Below, one piece after another: positions 27,864 through 42,039 of a stretch of DNA of 64,000 bases; within the stretch, counting starts at the first letter, position 1, and each line of letters opens with the position of its first letter. The stretch is from Nageia nagi (taxonomy: Eukaryota; Plantae; Pinophyta): contig JBITNC010000002.1 of NCBI GenBank assembly GCA_050084985.1, forward strand, positions 39,804,001 through 39,868,000, written 5' to 3'. Under the pieces are notes generated by a model. The model had not been told where the DNA came from, did no database searches, and was given only the letters and a program-made list of their open reading frames with translations. The position numbers and the translations under genes are program-made.

Positions 27864-30502
27864 TAGTGTGGAAGCTCTTCATCAACTTTGTTGGAGGTTC
27901 TTTATTCTTAGTCATCATCTTTGGAGGTTTACCCTTCTTGTTTGAGGTAAAACAATTTAGAGTTATAACCCCCTATCCTTTTCTTTGTTCATTTTTAATA
28001 CTAACAATCTCTTATGATTATGTTAGTTCATTTTTTTTGCAAAATTTGGTGAAATAGTAATATGATGTTTTTTTTTGGGATATATATGATAACTTCTTGG
28101 GTTATTTGCAATTTTTTTGCTTACCTTTTTTGAGAAGTTAGTATGCAATAGTGCAATTTTTTAGATAGATAAACCTAAACTTTGCAATATAGTGTTATAC
28201 ATTTTTTATTTACAATAAATGTTTGATATATTGCTATAAGTTCTTTGGTGTTTGCAATTAAAAATTATATATACGTTGATATTCTATTGTGTAAAAAAAT
28301 TATCATTAACTTTTTTCATAATTATAATTTTTACTAAACATTGTAATTTTTTTTACTTTCAATACATTTTTTTTTTTAAAAAGGGGCAAGGAAACATAAA
28401 ATTATATATAGACACATTCTACTGTTAATAAATTTTATTTCAAGCATTGTTTGGAAAAAAAAGGTGAACTTGTTATTTTTTAAAAACATTTTTTTTGTGT
28501 GTTGGGGTCGACTACCAGATGGCAACCAACCCTTGGCTGATATGCCATCCAATGGGGTGCAAGTTGCAAATGATAGTTAGTCCTTAGCTGAGACCCTTAT
28601 GCTACACCATCTACTATCCACTATCCACCTTAGTTCCTCCATTGTGATCCCTCCTCTTGAGTGGCTAGCATACCATGTCATTTTTATGAATATAGGTTAC
28701 CAATTCTATTATTTCCCCCCTCATGGTTGATATGGTTGCTATGAGGACAATCCTCCTCATGTGACTATCTAAACTCAAGGATTTTGGAAACCTCCTTGGC
28801 CATTATTTTTTATGACCTCCCTAGTCTCTTCCTCATTGACCTCACTGCCCTCTCATGTCACCTTAACCCCCCCAAACCCTCCTTCCTAGGCATATAATGT
28901 TTTTTGAAAAAGGGGAGGCTCTCTTTTGGTTAGTGCATTCAAGTTTTTCTGTTGTTTCTTGCAAGTCATTTAAATGCACTTAAAAGTAAATGTATACTTC
29001 TTCTTGAGGCATTTAGTTTTCTTTTCTTACTTACAAGTCACTTCTTCCTATTTAATGCATTTATAAGCCTTATACTCCATAATTAAAGTATTATCATGAT
29101 TAGTTTACTTACCTTACTTTAGAATATGTTGTTGGTCACAAATTCATCATTACCCTTTGAGGGCATTTAATTTATTAAATGTATTTACACTTCAAATTTA
29201 AATCATTGTCATGATTACATTTAGAGTATGTAGATTCATCATCACTCTTAAATGATTTTTTTATAATGAGATAGTTTTTTTTAGTATGTTCTTAAGTAAA
29301 AAGAATTTTTTTTACAAAGTGTTGGCCAATATGCATTAATTTTTTATCACTATGACATTTTCTTTAAGTAATAATCAAATTATTAAGGATCAAATTATTT
29401 TAAGTTAAAAGGGTAGATATTTGTGAATTTCTTTACTTAAAATTTTTAAATCCTGTATGATTAAAATACATTTTTTTTTCACTTAGAAACTTTTATATTT
29501 TGCAAATAATGCATATTTATTACTTAAAATTTTTAATGCCTCTCTAAAATTAATGTTGCATGCTAAGGACTTAATTTTTTTTTAAGATACTTGCTTATGA
29601 ATTAAAATGCATGTTGAGTATTTATCCTTTATGCAAAGTTAACATATGCAAATTATGTAATTAATGCATGACTATTTATCTTTTTTTTTTGCAAAGTTAA
29701 ATTTTGCAAATTTATGGACTTATGTAAAGATGTCCTCTAGGGGTTAGTAAACAAAACCCATTAGACTCTTAAGGTTCAAGTTATGGATGGATGATGTTTA
29801 ATTATGCACTTTACTTCATATTTAGCATTTTTACTTTATTTACTTATGCAAAAATCGTAAACATTGAAATGAGTAATGCTTTAAAATGAACACATCCACA
29901 TGTACATTTCGCAACATGACTTGTTTGGGGAGCCATGAGGTGAGGATAGGTGGACTAGAGCCTTTAAGTTTGATGATCCAGATGGTGAAAAGTTCATACT
30001 TATCAATTACCCCTAAGTCCTTTATTGGTTTGGACATAACTCTAATAGTTGGACAAGCATGTGTGTAGTGATACCACATGTCCATACATCCATTCAGGGA
30101 TTATCCTGATAACCTAGGAGGACAACTTAAAACCTAATGAAAATTAATAATTTGATCGATCCAATAAACATCATAACCTTAGAAAATAGTAGGTACTTCT
30201 CCTTGTAATAGTATAATACTAACCAAGGTGAACTGGTTGAGGATTGGTAGTACTTTAGCTCCTCTTATGTGGGCATCTAGGTGAGGGCCTAATTTTAGAT
30301 AAGAAAATAAGCCTCAATAATATCACTCTACATCTACAGTTCTTAAGATGAGAAATGTATTTGAGTACATGGATTATTATTTGAGTTGTAAAACATTTGC
30401 ACTTATGAATCGAATCAAGCATGTCTTAGTTCATTAAATATAACACGTAATGTTGTTTATTGAACCACATACTTATTACTTTTTCACATCCTTATGTAGC
30501 AA

Positions 30503-33500
30503 ATGGGAGACTCCTTTTTACCCAAACACATTTTTGATGGTTCCAAATTTGGGATTTAGGAACCTCAAATGAAAGCTGAATTCTTAGCAAGGAAGCTTTG
30601 GTAAATAGTGAATGAGAACCTTGTACCTCCTATAGATGAGATGGCACTAGAGGCTTACAATGCAAAGAATGAATTGGAAATCTTTATAATCTTTCATGTA
30701 GTATCAGATGATATGCTTCTGATGATTTCCTCTTCAACTTTGGCAAAGGAAGCTTGGGATAAGCTTAAGTAAATCTACCTTGGTTCAAAGTTTTTAAAAA
30801 GATTTACCTTTCCCTCCAAAAGTTTCTTTAATCTCATCAAGGGGAAGATGAAAATGTTGCCATATACTTGAACAAAATCATTTACTTAAGGACCCAACTG
30901 TTTTCTTATGAGTGTAAATGGATCAATGATGAATTCATGGTCTTCATCATTCTTCAAAGCCTTTATTTAAATTTTGAAAACTTTAAGATGGTTATGAAAA
31001 TAAGACTTGATGATGATGATGAAGAAGTCTTGTCCCTTGAGAACCTTTCTAGGCTCCTTTTGAAGCATGAGGAAACCTTTAACAAAAAGGTGTTAATTTC
31101 TTCTCCTAAGGATAATAATGTTGCTCTTTGAGCAACCAAACCTCCTTTCAAGAATAATTCCAACCATAAAAAGAAATCTTATCTTTCTTCCTCTAAAAGG
31201 TTTAAGAAAAGAGGCAGTGGCTACAACAACAGCATGAATAATGGCAACAATGACAACAATAGGAACAATAATAATAGCACTAGGAACAATGGCAACAACA
31301 ACCATTTAAAAAAAAATGATGGAAAATAAAAAATAAATAATCCATATCCTAAGGAAAATTTTGATGGTAATTGTAACTATTATGGAATCCAAGGTCACAA
31401 AGAAGTTGATTGCTATAGAAAGAAAAAAGAGGAAAAGACCAAAGGCAATAGAAATGTAAATAATTTCAAAAGAAAGAAGAATATTCAATTTGGTTTTGCA
31501 ATAACACTCTACTTCATGTATCACACTTTTTTATCTGATTGGATTGTTGACTCTATTTGCACTAATCACTTATGCTTTGAAAAAGAAAAGTTTGAGAACT
31601 TTCACAAGTATAGAAAAGATTCAATTGTGATAGATGATAACTCTACCCTTGAAGTCCAAGAAATTGGGAGTGTATTGATTCATATAAGGGTTCTTGACAA
31701 TGTGCCCTATGTTCCTAAACTCAGGATGAACCTTCTCTCTATGATCCAAGTTGCTAGAAAAGGGTATTCTTTTAAGTTCAACTCTCAATCCTAGTGCATT
31801 AAGAAGGGACTTGCCATGTTGTTTAAAGAATCAGTGAAATATGATCTCTACATTATAGATCACATTCTATCAAAGATGTGTCTTGCTAAAAGTATGTGTT
31901 CTAGAGGTAATCTTTGGCACCAACATTTAGGACACCTTAACCATAAGAGTATTCAAGTTATGAAAGACCAAGAACTTGTGAAAGGTTTGCCTTAAATTTC
32001 TCTTTCAGTTGGTCTATGCAAGAAGTGCATTCTTGGTAAGATGCATAGTCAAAAGTTTGGAAAAGATAAGGTAACGAGAGCATCTCAACCTCTTCAACTT
32101 GTGCATTTAGATTTGATAGGTCCATTTCAAACTAAGTCACTTGGAGGAGCATATTACATCTTAAAATTCATTTATAACTTTAGTAGGATGATCTTTAGGT
32201 ATCTACTTGAGCACAAGGATCAAACCTTTAAGAGTTTTAAGATTTTTAAGGCCTTTGTTGAGAATCAAACTAACCTTAAAAATCAAGATGTTGAGATTAG
32301 ATAATTTAAGAGAATATAACAACAATGAGTTCAATGAATATTGTGCTAAGTATGAAATCAAGAGGTAGTTTATGATTCCTTACACTTCTTAGTAGAATGG
32401 TGTTGTTGAAAGAAAAAATAGGACAATTATAGAGATGACTAGATGCATGCTAGGTAATCTTCCTAATTTCTTATGGGATGAAGCTATGAGCACTACTATT
32501 TACACCTTGAATAGGTGTCCCACAAAAGTCATTCAAGGTAAAAATACTTTTGAGGTATGGTCAAGAAGAAAACCTAACATTTCACACCTTAGGGTGTTTG
32601 ATTGCATAGCATTCTCCTACATTGTTTCTAAGAAAAGAAAAGAATGGGATAAAAGAGCTAAAAAATGCATCTTTATGTGTTATGAAAGTTAGCATAGAGG
32701 CTATAAGCTCTACTCTCTATCCTACAAATCCATGTTTTTTCAAGGGATGTAAATTTCAATGAACTTCTTGAAGAATCTACTTCTAATGAGGATGTTGATG
32801 ATCTAGAGGACTCTTCAGTTGCACCTAGTTGGTTAGATATTGATCTAGACAAGTCACCTCAAGAAAAAAATTCTCCAACAAAAAGGGCAACAAGGAGAAT
32901 GACCTTGAACAAATCCTTATTTTCCAAGATTGAAAATAATCATGACCCCTCAACCTTCAAAGAAGCTTCTAAGCATGAGTGCCAGATGGAATCCATGAAA
33001 GTGGAGTATGAGGTTCTTATAAAATATGAAACCTATGATTTGATTCCTTATCCCAATGAGAAGAATGTTATTAGCAATAAGTAGATCTACAAGGTCAAGT
33101 TTAATTTAGTTGGGGATATTGAAAAATATAAGGTAAGTTTAGTAGCCAAAGGTTTTGCTTAAAAATATAGCGTAGATTATGAGAAAACCTTTACTCCCAT
33201 GGCAAATATGCCTACTATGAGATTTATCCTTACTCTTTCTATAGCTCACAGATGGAAAGTTTTTTAACTTGACATCAAGAGTGCATTTCTCAATAGTTAC
33301 TTAGATGTGGAAATCTTCATGAATAAAACATAAGGGTTCATTATGTAAGGCAAAGAGTCCTTTGTGTGCAAGCTAAAAAAATTATTATATGGACTTAAGC
33401 AAGCAACTAGAGCTTGGTATAGAAATATTTCAAAGTATTTTGCAGACATTAGTTTCTTCAAGTGTTTTTCTAACTCTAATCTATATGTTCTCAATCAAAG

Positions 33501-33562
33501 AAAAGATGTGGTCTTGATTCTCCTTTATGTGGATGATATTTTGTCAATGGTTCTTCTTGTTT
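30503..33562 (+). pseudogene. copia gag-pol pseudogene
   Basis: MGDSFLPKHIFDGSKFGI*EPQMKA (gag); degenerate CCHC knuckle CNYYGIQGHKEVDC; WIVDSICTNHLC (PR); LWHQHLGHLN and PLQLVHLDLIGP (IN); CKLKKLLYGLKQATRAWY...LYVDDIL (RT). Confidence 0.92.
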
Positions 33563-36500
33563 GATATTTCCATTAATTTCAAACTAGGGATTTCTAGTTG
33601 AACTAGAAGGATAGCCTCTCTACCATATACTAGATAGAAAGGAGAACATTTTATTGATTCTTTAGGCATGATTTGATCTTCCCAAAAAGAAAAATTTATT
33701 TTATTATGTTAATTTATTATATTGAGAAAAAGGATCATGGTGATGTTTCTTCTCACATTTTTATTCATTGATTCAACAAGACCATTTCCCTTAGGATAAT
33801 AATATGATACTAGTTGAATTTAAATATTATACTTTAATGAATGATTATTCATTTTAATACAATTCAAATAAATAGCATTGTCAATGACTATACTGATTGG
33901 AATCCCAAATCTAGAATAAATATTTTTCTTGAGAAAATTAATGAGTACTCTGGAAGTTGCATTAAAGGTTGGTATAGCCTCTACCCATTTGGTAAAATAG
34001 TCAATGGCTATGAGGATGTACATATAACCTTTAATAGATAGAGGTTTGATTGGCCCTACAAAATTAATTCCCCATTTACCAAATGGGGCATCAACTATTA
34101 TTGGTTTCAAAGGGTTAGTTTTAAACTTCTCTCTTCTAGTAAAATTTTGACAATCTAAATAACTAGATACACATGCATTGCAATCTAGAAACATATTCAT
34201 CCAATAATATGCAATCCTAATAATTTTATATGTAGTAGTGGTTGGGGAAAAGTGTCTGCCACACACTCCATCATGAAAATCTTTTAATAACTTTAAGAAT
34301 TTGATCATTTTGAATGCATCTTACTAAAATATCACTAATTTTTTTCGAAAAAGAATACCATCAAGAAAATAATTTTTTTTATTTCACTTTTAGATCATGT
34401 GTTACATTGAATGATAGATGTTCCAATGTATGTATCATCTTTAGGTACTCCGTGATATCATCAAACTAATTTTTTTGCAAGTTGTATTCATTAGCAATTG
34501 CATTTATTGATCTTCTTCAAAAGGTGAGATGTTTGCAATGAGTTCACATAACCCTCTTCCTCTGACTAGCTCAACTCACTTAAACACCAAATTATATTCT
34601 TGTACCTTGGCCACCCAAGAACCTCTAAGTATTCCCAATTCTATTTAAGTTAAGATAGAATTTATGGCTAGATATGGTATGATTACAGTGACCTGTTGTC
34701 CAAAAATATAGATATTAAAATTTTTTACCACTTTGACTATAATAGATGCCTTTTTTTTTATATAAAAGTGTACATTTTATACACTCTTTAAAGCATGAAT
34801 CATGAATACAATTAGGTGTTTTTCATTTTAATCATTCACTTGTGTCACTATCGAAGAGATTGTATGATTCAAAGCTTAAGTATACATCTTAAAGGGCTTT
34901 TTGAAATCGAGTTATACCATGGTGAGGGAACCTTTAAGGAATTACTTAATATTTTTGAATGCTTGGTTTCTCTCATTTGACCATTTGAATTTCACATTCT
35001 ATTTTAACATTTTTCTCAAAGGAAAAACTATTTCTACAAGTTAGGAACAAATCTTCTCAAGAAGTTTACCTTTCCAAAGAATGATTACAATGATTTTCTT
35101 CTAGTTGGTAAAGGTAATTTTTTAATAATGAGTACCCATTATAGATTGATACGAGTAATATATTTTGAAATAATGTGTCCTAAATTTTTCTTTTCAACGA
35201 ATTCAAAAATAGACTTCTTCAAGCTTAGTGATACCCCAAACTCTTTGCATATTTTCAATACCTGAATAACTTGTTTAACATGATCCTCTCTTCACTTTGT
35301 AAATATAATCATATCATCCATATAATAATAATTTTATTGATAAATTATTTAAAATAAAAATCCATCACCCTTTGAAAGGTATTCCCTACATTGGTTAGCC
35401 CAAAAGATATCTATTTACAAGCAAATGTACCCTAAAGAGTAGTGAATATCATTTTGAAATGATCCTCCTCTACAATCCAAATCTAATTATAGCCAGAGTA
35501 ACCATCCAAAAAAGAAAACATCTATGATCCATTGATAGTATCCAAAAGATGATATATGATGGAAAACTAATAATTATCCTTGATGGAAGCTAAATTGAGA
35601 TTCTAAAAGTTGATACATATTCTAATATCTCCATTTTTCTTGCATACCTGGATAATATTAGCCACCCAAGAAGAATGTCTAATTGGGTAAATGATATCTA
35701 TTGCCAACATTTTTTGAATTATTTCTTGATCATTCCTTCAATTTATGGGTTAAAATGTATGGGCTTTTTTTTTAAGGGGTTCAAGTTGACTTTTAAAGGA
35801 ATAATATACTGAAATATATCTCTTCTAAACCCTTTCAGGTCATAGCAATTCCAAGAAAAAATACTCTTGAGTCTTTTGAATAATTAAATTAGTTCTTATT
35901 GCTCATTTAATGTGCATCCAATTCCAATCAAAAGCTCTTGAAGTATTCTATTTGGGTTCAAATTGAAAGCAACTATTTTTTTGGATATCTCCTTGATTAA
36001 ATTCTAATGATTGAAGTGATCATTTCAATCGTAGAGATTTTCCAATTCAATCATGCTAGAAGGTATTCTATTCAAATCCACCTATAAGATCTTATTTTAT
36101 TCTATGAAGGTTGTTTAATATTCTTCAATGCATTGTAGGAAAAATAAAAGTTATCTATTAGAATAAAAAACTTACAAATGTTTAATATTATTTGGTATGG
36201 CTAGTTTGAAAAATAATTCAATCTAGTAATACCCTAATCCGAGAGAAGGGTATGGCTTTATCATATAAGTTGATACAACCAAAGAGTTTGCTTGATAATT
36301 ATAGTTTTGAGGGATAATCATTATGTTGAAGGAATAAAAAATCCTAATCATATCCCAAACAAGATGCCTGTAAGATCACAACCTAGGGTTCTTAGTTTGA
36401 AATTGATTCTTATCTTGTTTAACAATTAATTTTACATCCCTAAAACAAACCAAATTATGGATCTGTAAATTTTTTTTTTCCATATTTAAGCCCTAATATA

Positions 36501-38810
36501 AATCTTCATATTTGATAATGTTATTAGTGTAATGAAAATTTAGTCTCAAATTGAATAGACCTCCTTTTCTCTATTTGGTGCAATGAAAATAACATGTACC
36601 CCATTCCCTTCTTTGCATTTACTACCATTGAAATACATCTTCACATATCATTAAAGTTTACAATATCTATTTCCCTTTTTGGTTATTCTTTGATTAATTT
36701 ATAAGAACCAATTTCAACATATTGGAAGAAATATACCAATTGATTTTCCTACAAATTAACTTCATGTGTGATTCTCATTTGAACATTTCCTTCTATCCTA
36801 TTTTTTCAAGGATAGCTACCCATCTTTGTTTAGTTTCGAGTTTAAGGATTTGCAATGTATTCTTGAATAGAATTTATGTAAAAAACTAATCTAATGAAAT
36901 CATACCATCCATGGTGGATCCAAATTATCTCCTTAGTAGCATCCCATAAGAAATAGGCATATTAACTACCAAAATCATGAGTATCTTTCTTGTTGGGAAT
37001 GCAAATAAGTTGGTAATAATATATCTGACTTTACCCATCATTTTTACATTCAATGAATCCCTATGGAAACATGTATCTTCACATTCCATAAAATTCAATT
37101 TCAAAGTCTAATCCACTTTCAAAGGTATGATATTATTTTTAGCCACCAAGTTTTAGATACAATTGCATAATTTTTCACTATTAACCCCTAAAGATATATA
37201 AAATGGGGGTAGCTTGGCCAAATTCTAGTGGGCTACATAAACTTGTTCACCAATATTATTTTTTCCCATTATTAAATTCACACTTTTTTTAGCAAGTTTA
37301 ATTATGTATAAGAGTTCTTTCATATCTTGAGGATCATTATGCAAGATTTACAAAATGAAAATATTAGCAGTCTTCTTATATAAGTCTTCTCCAACACTAT
37401 GTTTTGAACATGATGGATCTTTCTCATTATGCTTAGTTTGTATTTCTTTAGTTTTTATTTGAGCCTTATCCTACTATTGAGTTTGAAGTTTTTCTTGATA
37501 CATAGTAATCATGGTATAACATTAAGAAGATTCATTGCTATCTTGAAAGAAATTTTCTCGCATATTCTCACTATTTTCTTCTTGTAGTGAATCGAGTTCT
37601 TCTTGTTCAATTGGATCACTACTTCCTAAAAGGACTTCACTTTCTACATTCATTTCCTATAGCATATTCATAGTAATACAATTATTAGGATCATGTTCAT
37701 ACTTAGAGATTGTAATAGGAATTTAGGGTTGAAGATTCAAGCCTATCGAAGGGGATAGAAACTATGTTTTTGTCACCTCTATAATTGCTTCTTTTTTTGT
37801 CTAAAAATTTCCTAAAATTTTGTTGATTCCTGAAACCTTTTTGTGCATTCTATGTCCATTGAATATTCATATTGGTTATTCTCCTCAATGATTCATTTTT
37901 TTGATTTATTTTCTTTAAGGAGCTTTACCATTATGTTTTTTGTTGGATGATTCAATGTTTCCTTTTTTGGATTCAAAAGGCCTTGCTTGTTTGATCTTCC
38001 CTGTGGTAATCATGTCCTCTTCATGTCTAACAACCTCATTAATTGCATTCTCAAATGTAGTAGGTTCACAAGTTGTTACAATATATCCCAACTTAGGATC
38101 TAGGGCATTAATAAAGAAACATTTCTTCACTAGGTCGATAAGTTGCAAGTTCCTAGGGATTCTCCAAAATAATTTATTGAACTAATCAATAACTTATGAG
38201 ATGAATTATTTGTGTCTATTTTTTATATGTGAAAGCTCATTGATTAACTCTATTTCCAATACTCAACTTTTGAACCATGTCTAAAAGGCATATAAAAAAT
38301 TATCCCAAATAGTAATCAATCCATTAGGAAGGAAACTATACCAATATAATGCTGAGTCTATGAAGTTCTTAACCAATATCTATACTACCACATATTTATG
38401 TTCAACCCCATTTACTATACAATATGTATTAAAATTTTTAAGATGTTCTTCTACCATAGTCCTAGATAGGTCCCTTAAAAAATGAGAAAGATATCTAGTT
38501 TCCTTAGGAAGCTTATACCTTTGTCCTTGCAAATTTAATGATCTTGAGTTATTTTTCCATGTTAGTGGGATTATTTGGTCATCATCAACCATTTTTAATG
38601 CTTCTATATTTATATAATAATCCAAAAAATTAGTTTCAAACTCTTAAGGTGATATACTTCTTAACGGGGTAGGACTCCTTATTTTGATAAGTGTAGAATT
38701 TGGATCTATGTTTTCCTATTCTCTTTGAATTCTTCATAACTATCTTTCTAGTTCTATGGGATCAAAATTCCAAGCATATCTTTCAGTTGATCCTGTACTT
38801 TGATTCATTC
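33563..38810 (-). pseudogene. Tat gag-pol pseudogene: gag-PR-aRH-RT-RH-INT
   Basis: gag ORFs 38380-38625 and 37915-38148; protease PPFYISL...YGMLLRR ~37210-36930; aRH ~36645-36270; RT ~35800-35100; RH ~34920-34550; integrase ORF 33820-34308 (PFGKWGINFVGP...IDYFTKWVEAIP); SPFYLVYGREA at ~33620-33647. Confidence 0.9.
36270..36645 (-). pseudogene. Additional archaeal-type RNase H (aRH) domain between protease and RT
   Basis: KMYFNGSKCKEGNGVHVIFIAP...RLNFHYTNNIIKYEDLY*GL...QANSL matches the aRH pattern MYFDGS...G.G...TNNxAEYEAL..GL...ADxL. Confidence 0.8.
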
Positions 38811-38849
38811 TTCTAGGAGGACTTACCAGTTTGAAAAAGAAATTTTAGT

Positions 38850-40499
38850 TTTGGTTAAATCGGGAAGGATTTGAGTTCTTTTAAGAATTAGGTGTGGATA
38901 ATAAATATTATTCAAATGGGAGAATAATACTTGATATAAATTTGATAAAATCAATATTGTCTTTCTGAATCACTTTTAGAAAGATACTCCCTTAATTTGA
39001 TTCTTTTTATGATGAGAGTCTATTCAGTTTTTTTATTATCTTTAAGTTTTGGTAACACAACTTACCTTTTGATTTGAAACAAATAGAAACCTCTTCTAAA
39101 AAATTGAATCCTTTTTTGAACTTCAAGTGGTAAGTTTCTTTCTTTACTTATATGATTAATCTCTTCAAAAATAATGTTCAACCATGTAAAAATATCTCTA
39201 GAGGTTATTGATCTTTGAAGAGCTAAGCATAGTACTTTGATTTTGTTGATAAAGGGAATTGATATTTGAATCAGATATTTTTTAGTGGGTAAAAGAAAAT
39301 TGATATGATCACCAAAAATTTCCTCTAACTTTGATTCTCCTTTTAACACTAAATTGTACCTTATTGCTTTAAGCTAAGATCTTCAAATATTGGTGTATCT
39401 ATAGCTTTACCCCACTTGCGTAATCCGATTCTCTCTCTAAGTGAACTCAAATATAATCCTCTTCAAAATCCTTAGCCTAAACATTATTTCCTTGATGATA
39501 ATTTTTTATTTTATAATCTACTTCACACTTCAGATTGGACAGTTGATATTATGTCCAACCATAATCTTTCTAGGTGATGTGTAATGTGATTTTATATGCT
39601 CAAGTTCTTGAAAGCTTCCATTTATGGGTGAAATGTTTCAAATTTGAGTGATACAATAGGCTTGTTTGAATAATATCAAAATTCAATAAGTGCTAAAAGG
39701 CTCTAACTTATTCTTAGATAAGTTCTTAGATTGAATGTGAAGGGTTGAATCTCAACACTAAGAATGAACTTTGATTTAATATTTACTGATTCTTCTTCAT
39801 CTAAATCACTATCATCTATTAGATACCCACTAATTTCCAAAACCTCTTCAAGGAAAATATTTTTGATAACTTCTCAATTTTTAACAAATTTCAACCCAAC
39901 CTCTTGTTTGAGTTGGAAGAGATAAGCATCCCTTTTGATAACTTTGTTTCTTTGTTGATCTTTTGAAGATAAATATCTCTCTTGAATTATTAATAGTAAT
40001 TCTTATAATATGGTCTTAGGTATTTGAGATACAGACATTAATTCTTTTATGATCAAAGAAAATTTGCTAGCTCGAACTATGACTACTAACTACAAGTATA
40101 GTTGTATTGGATTTGTTTCAACAAGTAAGAAAAAGTTGATCTTAAATTCTACCAAGTATTCCTTGTATGATTTACCATTAGATTCAGTATGATATCCTAA
40201 ATTTTCTAACTCCTCTTCATCGTAATGGTTCAATTAACCTTTGTATTTTTGAGTTAGCTTCATTCCAAAAAGTTATCTTGAGGAAAAACCTTCTAGTTTT
40301 TTTATTCTCAATTTGAAGTATAGGTGTGAGATGTCTTTCTTATGCTCTAGTTAAAGTTTTTGATTCACTCTACACCAAAGTATTGAAGATAGTTTCATTA
40401 AGAATAAAGTCTCATTTTTGATTTCTTCTCAAATTCTCCTAACTTGGTGATTATGTAAACTATGATATCTTGTTGAGTTAGGATTAGAATTCACCATGA
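38850..40499 (-). pseudogene. Degenerate extra ORF or long N-terminal extension upstream of gag
   Basis: Coding-like minus-strand sequence starting MVNSNPNSTRYH at ~40499 and including ORF 39062-39349. No domain recognised. Confidence 0.45.
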
Positions 40500-40656
40500 T
40501 TTTTCAAAATTATTTATTTTCTAAACTAAGTTTCTTTTTTAGAAAAGAGTAAATTCCAACATATGCTTTGCACTTAGCAAACTTTCCAAGTGACTAACTT
40601 TATTCTAAGTTGCCAGGATAGCTTTGGCTAACCGAAAAGTAGTTCTTGACTTGCTT

Positions 40657-40674
40657 CCCTAGAAAAGTCACTAA
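40657..40674 (-). promoter_or_regulatory. Degenerate PBS (probably tRNA-Arg type)
   Basis: Minus strand TTAGTGACTTTTCTAGGG next to the LTR end, interpretable as methylation-decayed TTGGCGACTCTGCTGGGG. Confidence 0.55.
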
Positions 40675-42039
40675 TTTTGTTAACCATTTTTTCTTGTCGA
40701 AGAGAAATAATGGGATAATAAGGGATCTATGATTCTCCTTTTAATGACCTGTGTTCCTCAAAGTGGTAACTTAGTGTTTGTATATTGTGTAAAGACTTAG
40801 GTTATTTTTATCACAATATTTCTCATACTTAGATTAAATACTTGCTCTATTAGCTCTTGTCAAGATTACTTGATATCTGTAACTTAGCTAAATTATTCTT
40901 GTTCATGTTATCCAATTTATAAGTAATGTAAAAATATATTTCACACAAGTATATTCACACTTATTTAATGAATATTTTTGTATTTTTCATATTTTCCTTA
41001 TTTGCAAAGACTTAGATTGATATTCTCACAACTTTCCTTGCCCTTGAGTTAAGTGTTTATTTATCTAGCTCATGTCAAGTAAATAATCACTTAATGTTCT
41101 TAAATTAGCTGGAGAATTATTTATTGAGTTAATCAAGTGAGAAGTGACATTATCTATGTAAGTAACCTCACACTTAGTTCCTTTTACTTTCAATCTATGA
41201 ATACTTAGTTCCATTAATGAAATACTATGCTGTGTAGCTTACATAACATTTCATATTTCTTTCACCAACTTAAACATTGATTACTTTTTAATTTTGCAAA
41301 AAGATAATATTATCCAAGTATAGAAAATAAATTATTGAGTACTTTTGAAATTCATTATCTAACTTAAACAAGCACCAAAATAACAAGTATACATAAGCAA
41401 GATGCAAAAAGAGAATATCTTATATTTCTTGAAGCTTCAAAAGTACAACTTTCAAAATCCAAAGACAGTTACAAGTGAGACTTCCATGCCTTTAAGTAAT
41501 ATCTAAAGGTAGTTAGATTTAGCATAAAATCCTATCTTCCTTGAAAATCCTAATTCAAAATCCTAATTTTTTTACATCAAAATTTGGCTAAGTCTGAAAA
41601 ATAGCCAACTTTGAAAATAACTAAGTCTAAAACATAATTGCTCAAACTTTTTCTAACTTTAGGGATTAAAAGGAGCAAAAATTTCTAACACCCTTAATTC
41701 CATTTTACAACAACAACAAAAATAACATAAACTTAATTCTCTTAATTGGCTGCTGGAGGAGGGGGAAACAAGGGTATCATTTCTTCTAATTTGGTTTTGA
41801 TATCTCCATTTGTAAAAGCACATGCTCTGTCTTACCCTTCTAGTAACCTCTAATATTAGTAAATTATTTTTCCATTTATCAATTTGGATAATTTTGAAAA
41901 TAGCCAACTCCAAAAATAACTTAGTCTAATATAAATTGCTCAAAATTTTTCTAACTCTGGACATTAAGGGGAGGAAAAATTTCCAACACCTTTAATTCCA
42001 TTTTACAATAATAATAAAAAGATCATAAAACCAATTCTC

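Larger units (their letters stand above)
27627..33562 (+). mobile_element. 3'-truncated Ty1/copia retrotransposon nested in the Tat element
   Basis: Short LTR TGTTAG...TCACA (27627-27848), PBS, long leader, gag-PR-IN-RT order. Ends just after LLYVDDIL. Confidence 0.9.
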
